A stretch of DNA of 64,000 bases from the human T2T-CHM13v2.0 reference genome, Homo sapiens. Each line of letters opens with the position of its first letter. Positions within the stretch are counted from its first letter, which is position 1. Below the pieces are notes generated by a model. It worked only from the letters and a program-made list of their open reading frames with translations, was not told the origin of the DNA and ran no database searches. A program made the position numbers and the translations under genes. The stretch is taken from assembly GCF_009914755.1 (NCBI RefSeq), contig NC_060946.1. One strand, written 5' to 3'. Positions 38,070-64,000 of this stretch are shown piece by piece.

Positions 38070-39027
38070 TAAAATAAATTATTAAATGCCCACTCCTTTC
38101 TTTCCCTTCCCTCACTGTGAAGTGTCATCTTACATCCTTTAGGATGTTATCACAAATTCGTCACTTCAACCATCTTCAGTGGACTAGCAACTCCTTAGGT
38201 GGGAAGTGGGAAATGTTTCCTTAATGTTTCCTTTCTAAGCTAAATGCCCTAACTTCCCTCAAATGTTCATCATATGACCTAGTCACTTTTTAGGATGCTC
38301 TCTACTTAATATGTTCCTCTAAAAATATGATTCCTCAAACTGGACTCAAATTCAAAATAGAGCAGAACAGCTTTTTAGAGCATAACTCTATATTCATTAA
38401 TGAATACTAGGACTATATTCTTTAGCTTTTTAGAGATTAAATATGGTTAGTTCATATTATACTTACAGATAACCTCAATATCTTTTCCTATAAATTACTG
38501 ATAAGGTTTATTCATATGTATTTGAACCTAAATGCAGGACATCACTTATAACTGATGAATGTTGCCTTGATTTATCAATGTCTTCAACTATTGAGCACAT
38601 GTGCTCTGTGCCAGGCATTTACTGAACACTGAACATAATAAAAGAAAATAAACATGGTCCCTACCCTATAGATTACAGACTATCTTGATGATTTCATATC
38701 ATTCTAGTATATCAATATATCTTAGAATCCTAAATCTTTCCATGTATTATCTATCCATTTCATATTTGTGAAAACTACAAACCCAATAAACATGCCTTTT
38801 ATGCCTTCATATAGGAAACTGTACTATTAAATAAGACAAGATTTTTAAAAATAGTCCTGTGTCTTGGTACAGACTTCCTGCAAATTTCTATGAACTTTAT
38901 GGTAGTCTAATTCAATAACTTTATTATCAGTGTCTATAAAATTCACGTTGTCCCTAAGATGTTACTTTATCAAATTATTTCAAAAAAACAAGATACACTA
39001 TTTCATCTTAGAATTCCCCTCACCCTA

Positions 39028-39350
<323 letters not shown>

Positions 39351-39387
39351 TTAAGTGAACCCAGGTTGACACCTACTCCTTATCACC

Positions 39388-39960
39388 TCTATCTCGTCAG
39401 GATTCAGTTAGAAGACAGAAACTACATCAGTTATTTGAACAGATAAAATGTAATACAAGAATTTGTTAACTGAGTTTGAAATTTTTAAGTAAAAAGCTGA
39501 AAGGACGCAAAGATAACACAGATAGCAACTGCAGGAAGCAGCTACCACCCCTAAGGCTGAGTTAACAAACGCTCAGAGGAGGGACCCAGGGAACTTAAAC
39601 TCAGACTTCTGAGAGGGCACTACTCAGCTGTGCTGGTTTTTCTAATTTCCCAGGAGAGGCCCAAGGAGCCTGGGACTCTAGTGGACTCTAAAGGAAGCTT
39701 GATAAAACTGGTCCTCAAATGTTGGGAAAACTGCTAACTGGATCCAGTAACTGCTACAGGAAGGTACTGCTGCTGCAGAGATAAAGAAATGTCATTAAGG
39801 CAGCACTCACAGGAACAGCAGAGAGGAAGGCCATGACGAGGATACGAGCAAATCCCTCTGCCTCTTCTAGATCTTTACCACCCACCACTCGCAACAGGGA
39901 GCAGCTGGCAAAGCTGAAATGTTGCTTGCAGAATCTCAGTCCCAGGATCACAAAGCAGAA
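39388..39960. mobile_element. Old MaLR/ERVL-type LTR
   Basis: GACAGAAACTACATCAGTTATTTGAACAGA motif resembles old MLT1/LTR consensus; subfamily uncertain. Confidence 0.4.
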
Positions 39961-40176
39961 TACATAAGATATCTTTGCAGCTAAGAATAAACAAGATGGA
40001 TGGATATGCAGCAATAATTTAACTGGCAAAATACATTCTGTTCCAAGGACACACAAACTATCTGTTTAATAATCTACAATTTTGTGCAAGGGATGAAAAT
40101 CAGTGACTCCAATCTGTATCCAACAGTTAATCATCTCGTGCTACTCTGAAGTGTAATAATAACAAAAACAATATCT

Positions 40177-40363
40177 CATTGTTCAATTCCCACCGGCCTG
40201 TCGTGGCGTGGAGAGAGGGGGGAAGGATAGCATTAGGAGATATACCTAATGTAAATGACGAGTTAATGGCTGCAGCACACCAACATGGCACATGTATATA
40301 ACAAATCTGCACGTTGTGCACATGTACCCTAGAACTTAAAGTATAATTTAAAAAAATACAAAA
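40177..40363 (+). mobile_element. Very short L1PA4/5-like 3' end with a ~20-bp 5' inversion
   Basis: CTCATTGTTCAATTCCCACC (antisense L1) then sense L1 3'UTR with GAG diagnostic; TSD AAAAACARTATCT. Confidence 0.85.
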
Positions 40364-40994
40364 AAAAACAGTATCTAACATTTATTTAACCTTACTTCAT
40401 GCCCAGAACTGTTTAAATAGTGCTTACGTATTGCCTGATACTTTATTATGCTACATACACACAAAAAAAGAAAAAATAGTATACAGGTATTGAATTCTTT
40501 TAATGCTCACAACAAACCTGCGAAGTAGACAAGCTAGTATTCCCACTTTATACGTGGGACAATAAGGTGCAGAAAAGTTAAAAGTTAAACTGTTTGACTT
40601 TTGCCCAAAGTCACACAGTTGTGGAGGGGCTTAGATTAAACCTAGGGAGTCAGACTCCAGAGTCCATGATTTTGACCACTACATACGCCTCAATGCCACA
40701 ATACACAACCTTCTCTAAATCTAAAGTAGCCTTTGAAATGTAACTCTTGTTGAACACAGTTTACATGGTTTTTAAATTTCATATCTGGATTTGTAGCTTT
40801 ACAGAAAAGCAAACTCTCACAGATGGAGGTATTCTTACTCTCTACTGAGAACATCCAACCTGACAACACATTTCTGGTACCCTAAGCAATACAGAATAAA
40901 GTGGGCAGAATAAAGGCAACAAAATAATCTTCCACACTGCAAAATAAAACTACTACCTTCACTACTGTCCCACTCAGAAATCAGAAGTAAATCA

Positions 40995-45480
<4,486 letters not shown>

Positions 45481-45734
45481 CAGTTTTGTAACTTTCAATA
45501 CATAAAGAAATTACACTGCTCACATTGTAATTAATTTCATCTTTTCATTAAATTAATAGATAATAAAATTTGATAATAAACTTAATGTCAAATACTGCTT
45601 GATCAGTATTATAGAGACAAATTCCAGAATGGTGTGCCAACATAACCTTAAACCTCACAATAAAAACTAGGTTTTAACAATATCCACAGGGAAATTATGT
45701 TATTTTCTGGCAACAAGTCTAGCGTTTAGTAGCA

Positions 45735-46035
45735 AAAGGTAGTTATAATTGATCACTATTTGCTTAGTGATCATACAAATCAAAGACAGTCTAAGGCAAA
45801 TGGTTAAGAACAGATTCCAGAGCCAGGCTGCTAAATTAGAATCCAAGGCAATTCAGTTTCCTAGCTGGATGGTATTGATAAAGTTACTTAACCTCTCTGT
45901 ACTACACTTGTCTCATATGTAAGATGGGGATAATAGTGCCTACTTCATAAAGTTGTGAGAATTAAATTAGTTAATATATGTAAAGTATTTAAACAGTACT
46001 GACACAGAGTACACACAATATAAATGCTAGTCTAG
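45735..46035 (+). mobile_element. MIR
   Basis: AAGTTACTTAACCTCTCTGT...TGTAAGATGGGGATAATAGT core. Confidence 0.7.
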
Positions 46036-46407
46036 CTATAATAATCTCAAACACCTATACTTACAGAAGGAAGAGTGCTTCCACACAAATACTCTATAAT
46101 TTATATGGTTCTTCCAAATAAGCCTAATGAAAATTTTATTTTTCATAAAATATATTTGGAATTTGTGGCCAATTTCTTGAACAATTATTATTAAATGGTT
46201 TTCATAAATCTTTGTGAATATTAGGAAGCAATGGATTCAACAAAAGCATTATGTGACAGTGGAGCAATATTCAAAACTCCTGTTGCTACACAAGCCAAAA
46301 ATGACAGGGATCCAAGACAACTCAAAACAAAAATATTACACACAGAACAGAAGCAACTGTGCAGTATCAGGAAATGCAATACACTTTTTCTAGTGATAAG
46401 AAACTTC

Positions 46408-47630
<1,223 letters not shown>

Positions 47631-48647
47631 ATGGGGAAAAAACAGAACAGAAAAACTGGAAACTCTAAAACGCAGAGCGCCTCTCCTCCTCCAAAGGAAC
47701 GCAGTTCCTCACCAGCAACAGAACAAAGCTGGATGGAGAATGATTTTGACGAGCTGAGAGAAGAAGGCTTCAGACGATCAAATTACTCTGAGCTACGGGA
47801 GGACATTCAAACCAAAGGCAAAGAAATTGAAAACTTTGAAAAAAATTTAGAAGAATGTATAACTAGAATAACCAATACAGAGAAGTGCTTAAAGGAGCTG
47901 ATGGAGCTGAAAACCAAGGCTCGAGAACTACGTGAAGAATGCAGAAGCCTCAGGAGCCGATGCGATCAACTGGAAGAAAGGGTATCAGCAATGGAAGATG
48001 AAATGAATGAAATGAAGCGAGAAGGGAAGTTTAGAGAAAAAAGAATAAAAAGAAATGAGCAAAGCCTCCAAGAAATATGGGACTATGTGAAAAGACCAAA
48101 TCTACGTCTGATTGGTGTACCTGAAAGTGATGTGGAGAATGGAACCAAGTTGGAAAACACTCTGCAGGATATTATCCAGGAGAACTTCCCCAATCTAGCA
48201 AGGCAGGCCAACGTTCAGATTCAGGAAGTACAGAGAACACCACAAAGATACTCCTCGAGAAGAGCAACTCCAAGACACATAATTGTCAGATTCACCAAAG
48301 TTGAAATGAAGGAAAAAATGTTAAGGGCAGCCAGAGAGAAAGGTCGGGTTACCCTCAAAGGAAAGCCCATCAGACTAACAGCGGATCTCTCGGCAGAAAC
48401 CCTACAAGCCAGAAGAGAGTGGGGGCCAATATTCAACATTCTTAAAGAAAAGAATTTTCAACCCAGAATTTCATATCCAGCCAAACTAAGCTTCATAAGT
48501 GAAGGAGAAATAAAATACTTTATAGACAAGCAAATGCTGAGAGATTTTGTCACCACCAGGCCTGCCCTAAAAGAGCTCCTGAAGGAAGCGCTAAACATGG
48601 AAAGGAACAACCGGTACCAGCCGCTGCAAAATCATGCCAAAATGTAA
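47631..48647 (+). CDS. L1 ORF1p (338 aa RNA-binding/chaperone protein)
   Basis: MGKKQNRK... full length; coiled coil, RRM, REKG, ARR and YPAKLS motifs intact. Confidence 0.98.
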   Translation: MGKKQNRKTGNSKTQSASPPPKERSSSPATEQSWMENDFDELREEGFRRSNYSELREDIQTKGKEIENFEKNLEECITRITNTEKCLKELMELKTKARELREECRSLRSRCDQLEERVSAMEDEMNEMKREGKFREKRIKRNEQSLQEIWDYVKRPNLRLIGVPESDVENGTKLENTLQDIIQENFPNLARQANVQIQEVQRTPQRYSSRRATPRHIIVRFTKVEMKEKMLRAAREKGRVTLKGKPIRLTADLSAETLQARREWGPIFNILKEKNFQPRISYPAKLSFISEGEIKYFIDKQMLRDFVTTRPALKELLKEALNMERNNRYQPLQNHAKM

Positions 48648-48686
48648 AGACCATCGAGACTAGGAAGAAACTGCATCAACTAATGA

Positions 48687-52538
<3,852 letters not shown>

Positions 52539-52581
52539 ACAATGAGATCACATGGACACAGGAAGGGGAATATCACACTCT

Positions 52582-52614
52582 GGGGACTGTGGTGGGGTAG
52601 GGGGAGGGGGGAGG
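52582..52614 (+). other. L1 3'UTR polypurine / G-quadruplex-forming tract
   Basis: GGGGACTGTGGTGGGGTAGGGGGAGGGGGGAGGG. Confidence 0.75.
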
Positions 52615-52740
52615 GATAGCATTGGGAGATATACCTAATGCTAGATGACACATTAGTGGGTGCAGCGCACCAGCATGGCACATGTATACATATGTAACTA
52701 ACCTGCACAATGTGCACATGTACCCTAAAACTTAGAGTAT

Positions 52741-52746
52741 AATAAA
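52741..52746 (+). terminator. L1 polyadenylation signal
   Basis: AATAAA running straight into a short (~13 nt) A tail. Confidence 0.85.
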
Positions 52747-53609
52747 AAAAAAAAAAGAAAGAAAAAGAAACTTCACATGGGGCCACATGTCTAATAAAGG
52801 TGACTGAATCCCAAAATTATATTGGTAACATGGAAATTCCTGATAGGGGAAGAATATTCCCAGAAGTGTGACCAGTTAGGGCCAAAATAAAAGGTACAAT
52901 TTACCCAATTATTATACCTAAGTACCCGGCCTTATTAAATATATGTTCCTCAATATCAAATTGTACTAAAAATCAGGAAACTAAGCTCCTAGTAGAGAAC
53001 TGGTCAAAGGGAAGATCTTTGTGGAGTCAGCAGTTTCCTCTGTCCTACAATTTGGCAAAATAATCTCATAAGCACAAGAAGGTTAATATGCTTGCATTAA
53101 AAATGTTAAGTTACTTATAATCCAATTTAAATGTAAGTTCAAATACCTTAACATGTTCACATTACTTTTTTAATTCACAAAAACGTTCTTATCTATCTTT
53201 ATTTTAAGATGTTTTCCACATACATGCTTAGTGAATTTTCTTTTAGGAGATGTAAGAGAGTCTACAAATCTTTATTCTACTATTTCCCAAAATATACCCA
53301 ATTACTGGCAAAAAATGTTATTATTAAACTGATGAGAAAATATAAAGGTTTATTACTGGATTAAATAAGTTTTTCCATATGCTTGAATTTTTTATACACA
53401 CAGTATATACTCTATTATATGTATACACAGAATACAACTCTATCAGTATTGAACTTAGTTTGTCATTCCATAAAATGGCCATAGATGGCCAGATCAAGTA
53501 ATCCTACTCATTTTACCCTGTATTACTGAAAATAAAAATGGGGGGGGGGCAAATAAAGACTTTAATATCTTTAATGATGTTTTTTAAGGGTTAGACTTTT
53601 ATTTTCTGA

Positions 53610-54790
53610 CATTTTTCTACACCTCTAATGAAATACATTTCACATATCGTAAAACTTACCCATTTAAAGAATCCAGTTCAGTGTCTTTTGGTGATTTATT
53701 CAGAGTTTTGCAACCATTACCACAATCTAATTTTAGAATAGTCTCATCACCCCATACCCATCAGCAGTCATTCCCTCCTCCTCCCCACCCAACGTTCGTG
53801 ACAAACACTAATCTTCTTTCCCTCTCTATGCATTTGTCTATGCTTAACTATTTCACATAAATAGAATCATTACAATATGTGATCTCTTGTGACTGGTTTC
53901 TTCCGCTTAGAATGTTTTCAAGGTTCATCCATGTTGTATCATGCCTCAGTACTTCTTCCTTTTATGGCAGAATAATACTCCACTGGAAATAATACTCCAC
54001 TGGAAAAAAATATTTTGTTTATCCAGTCAACAGTTAGTTGTACTTGTGGCTGTTTTCACTTTTTGGCTTTTATAAATAATATAGCAATGAACATTCATGT
54101 TCACACAAGTTTTTGTGTGAACAATTGTTTTGATGTCTTTAGGGCATATATATATATATATATATGAGTGGAATTACTGGGCCATATGGCAAGTCTATGT
54201 TTAACATTTTGAGGAGATGCCAAAGCATTTTCTAAGACAGCTGCACCACTTTACATTCCAGCAATGTATGAGAGCTCCAATTTCTCCACATCCTCACCAG
54301 TACTTGTTATTGTCTATCTTTTTAACTTTAGCCACCCCAGTTGATGTAAAGTGGATCTCATTGTGGTTTTGATTGCATGACTGATGACTAACGATGTTGC
54401 ATACCTTTTCATGTTATTGGCCATTTGTATATCTTTAGGAAATGTCTACTTTTTTGGTTTCACTCTGTCACCCAGGCTGGAGTGCAGCAGTGTAATCACT
54501 GCTCACTGCAGCTGCGATTTCCCAGGCTCAAGTGATCACGGGCTAACATTTTTTTCTATTTTTTTTGTAGAGAAGAGGTGTTACTATGTTGCCCAGGCTG
54601 ATCTCAAACTCCTGGGCTCAAGTGATCCTCCCACCTTGGCCTCCCAAAGTGCTAGGATTACAGGCATGAACCACCTCAACCGGCCTGTTTATTTTTAAAT
54701 TCGGTTGTCCTTTTATCATTGCATAGTAAGTTATTAATATATTCTGAATAATAAGTCCTTTAACAAATATATATTTGCAAATATTTTCTT
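53610..54790 (-). mobile_element. L1MB/ME 3' fragment with Alu 54455-54685
   Basis: AAGGTTCATCCATGTTGTA, CCAATTTCTCCACATCCTCACCA motifs. Confidence 0.75.
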
Positions 54791-54793
54791 CCT

Positions 54794-56834
<2,041 letters not shown>

Positions 56835-57978
56835 TTAAATAAGAGAATGCATTATTATTGTATGTAGCTTCCCCCCCTTACCTGGTACGTACTTGGCATT
56901 TCTATGCCATAATGGAAGTCAAAAATCACCATGATATTGTTTCAACATACTATGGACGTAGTTCAGAAAATGTTAGGACAAATTTGATATCAACATTCTT
57001 TGCACTCACAGAATTGCATAAAGAGTATCACTTTGGTAAAGATGAAAATTACTAAGATTATTGTCCTCTAATGTCAATCATCATAAAATGAATATCAAAT
57101 TAGCATTGATACTTATATTTTGCTAAAACATGCCTATAGAAAACTGGTTAGTGTTTGTTTTTGGAAGACTATAGATAATACAGTGTGAATATACAAGAAA
57201 CATGAGATGTTCCAAGCATCATATTTGTATCATACTATGTCTCTAGTTTCTCTTCTTAGAAAATAACAATGCACCCAGCTGCTGAAGAGACACCAAAATA
57301 AATGTTCTACCAAGTTTAAGTTCAAACATCAGGCTTCCCGCTAACAGTTTTTAAAATAGCAATAATTTAAAGGAAGAAAGATTGTAACCATGAAATTTAA
57401 TGAAAAAATATTGTTTCTGCTTTCAGGAAAAAAAGTAGTGAAAAAACAGCACACAAAACAAGAATCATAGAGTAAAAATAAAGAGCTTTCAATTATACTT
57501 TTATTATTTTTAATATTTAAAATTCACTGTCAAATATTCTATATAGCAACCTTGATTTCACATGCATTTGCAATACAACTATGTGGTATGAGAGACTTGT
57601 CTTCTTTAGTGGTTCCTCAAGCGCTCACAGGGATTTCTTGGGTCGTAGAAAGGTGATGGGGACAGGAAGAGGCTTGGGGTTTCTGTTTGTGGTTTTTTCT
57701 TTGTGGTTTTTTTTTTTTTTTTTTTTGGTCTGTGGTTTTGGAGTTTTTGTTTTTCTTGGTTTTTGATTGGGTTTGTCTGTTTTTTGTTTTGTGGCTCACT
57801 TTTAACTGGAATTAATTAGCAGAAGAAGATAAAAAACAAATATCAAATCCCTACCACAGGCAAGGCATTGTTCTAAATATATACCTACATCCTCTTTTAT
57901 TTAACAATTCTTTGGAATGGATATTACTATGCAATTATACATATGAGAACCATAAGATGCGTAAGAGTTAAGACCTGT

Positions 57979-59990
<2,012 letters not shown>

Positions 59991-60179
59991 AGACACTTTA
60001 AAAAGACATATCTGTATAAGCTACAAAAATAACACACTGAGAGACTAAAATGCCTAATTTTTCCATTTTTCTTCTTCAGCGCAATCTCAAGTCCAAAAGT
60101 CTTTCCTTCCTATATATGCATATTTTGTCCAGTGAAACAAGAAACTCTATTTTTTTATTAGAAATAAAAAAAAAAAAAA

Positions 60180-61959
<1,780 letters not shown>

Positions 61960-63057
61960 TAGTGGATAGTGTATACTAAGCAACATGTACCCTGCTTTTG
62001 CCTAAAACATACTGAAAACATGGCATTGAACACAATCACAAAGTTGGGAGCTGAGAAAAATCATATACTGTAAAATAAATCTGAGATATTAATCTCAAGA
62101 AGCTCCTGAAAATGTCTCAAGAACTCCTATGCTGCACTCTCCCTAATAATTTAGACTTTCTACAGATATTTTCTGATCATCTACAGTGTGTCAGGCACCA
62201 TGCCAGGTACCAAGATGCCATGGTGAGGTATACACAAAACCGGCTCCTGCTTGCAGGAAGCCTACTCTCTAAAACAGTGCTTGCCAAGCTCGCCTGATCA
62301 CAACTTCGGAGCTTGTTTAAGTTCAAAATCGGCTTCCCTGCTGTGGTGAGCCACAGTCCGTGGCATTTTGATCAGGTGCTCCCAATGATTCCTACGCTCT
62401 AACGGGTTTGGGAGGCAAGGGTGGGGGTAAGCTCGAGAGCCCAGAGACATCCCGTCCAGCGGGAGCCCCACCTCTAAAGTCCATGTCGCTCAGCATCCTT
62501 CCCCCTGACTAGTGGCCCAAACACAGCACGAAGCTGAGGTGGGTGGAACGCTTTTCAAAACAACGCTCTTTGATGAGCCACCGACAGACTTGCTCGCCTC
62601 CGGGGACGAAGAGCTCACTCCTCACAAACCCCACCCCGGAAAGGTAGCACCTGAGCATCCCGGGCTGCGCCGACACCTGTCTCACCGCGGGTGCCGCTTA
62701 CCGCTCCGGTGGACTCCAGTCCCCAGGTTCCGCCCCACGGGGGCTGGGGGAAAAGGGGAGGCGCTGCGCGCATTAGGCGCTGACTGTATACCGACACCCC
62801 CCACCCCGGTGTGCGCAGGCCAACACCCATACACACCCTCACACACCCACACACATCCACACACACTCTCGCGGAAACTGAGCCAGGCAGGCGGCGGACC
62901 AGGTCCCGCCGCCTCACGGCTCGCGGCTGGGATCGAACCCGGACTGCGAGACGCCTTCCGCCTCGCAGGCGCTCCTCTGCCGCTGAGGCCCGGCCCGGCT
63001 CCCACCGCCGGAGTTTCACAAAGAAAGTCTCCCGGCCCGAGCCCCTCACGCACTCAC

Positions 63058-63159
63058 CGGCGCCGACGCCGGCGGCGACTCTGGCTCCCGCCGCCTTCGG
63101 CTCCTTGCGGGGGTCGGCCCTTGGGTCGGCTCGGGCGCCGGCGGCGGCGACTGCTCCAT
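63058..63159 (-). CDS. TTC28: TTC28 coding exon 1 (34 aa, MEQSPPPAPEPTQGPTPARSRRRREPESPPASAP)
   Basis: ATG at 63159-63157 in strong context (gggATGG) inside a CpG island; 102 nt ending at a CCG|GTGAGTG donor, phase 0; joins exon 2 in frame. Confidence 0.93.
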
Positions 63160-63207
63160 CCCCACGGGGCCCGGGCCGCGTCCGCCTCGAGCTAACGGTC
63201 CCGCCAG

Positions 63208-63237
63208 CTAGGCGCGCGCGCCGGTTCCGCGCGCCAT
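63208..63237 (-). other. Candidate uORF MARGTGARA*, in frame with the TTC28 ATG
   Basis: aacATGG at 63237, TAG at 63210-63208; 78 nt upstream of the main ATG. Confidence 0.6.
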
Positions 63238-63439
63238 GTTCCCGCCGTGCTGCGCGCCGCCGCGGCGCCCCTCACTGCCCCCAAACCGCGCGCGCGCCCC
63301 CGCGGGCCCACACATGCACCGCGCACGCGCGCGTTCGCCGCGCCCCCTCCCCGCGCGCCCCGCCTAGCGCCCTCTGGAGCTGGCCGCTGTTCCCAGTGTC
63401 TCGCCCACCCCCGCCGGGCCCGTCGGACTCGGCGGGTGA

Positions 63440-64000
<561 letters not shown>

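Noticed and set aside
57660-57800. T/G-rich tract as a possible retrocopy tail
   Set aside because: No recognisable parent gene or TSD; treated as low complexity

Overview
Human (primate) genomic DNA, mostly repeat-derived. It holds the 5' end of a minus-strand gene I recognise as TTC28 (22q12.1): CpG-island promoter and coding exon 1 (63058-63159), a ~49.8 kb intron 1, and coding exon 2 (12986-13264, TPR motifs). Neither exon is in the ORF track. Intron 1 carries, antisense to the gene, a full-length L1HS (Ta-1nd diagnostics, ~46725-52756) with open ORF1, ORF2 and ORF0, an intact YY1 site and a 15-bp TSD, inserted in the tail of an Alu. This matches the known highly active TTC28 source L1, so it is not novel. 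The rest is roughly 60 Alus, old L1M/MIR fragments, LTRs (MLT1, MST, THE1, MER34-like), a full-length HSMAR2 relic, MER3/MER58A and a 7SL retropseudogene. Less obvious signals: an in-frame uORF one TAG away from the TTC28 ATG, a stop-free 279-nt exon 2 between inverted Alus (possible rolling-circle circRNA), L1 antisense-promoter donors pointing at exon 2, and a target site reused by four successive retrotranspositions. Repeat subfamily calls and comparisons to L1 consensus are from memory, and repeat boundaries are approximate.
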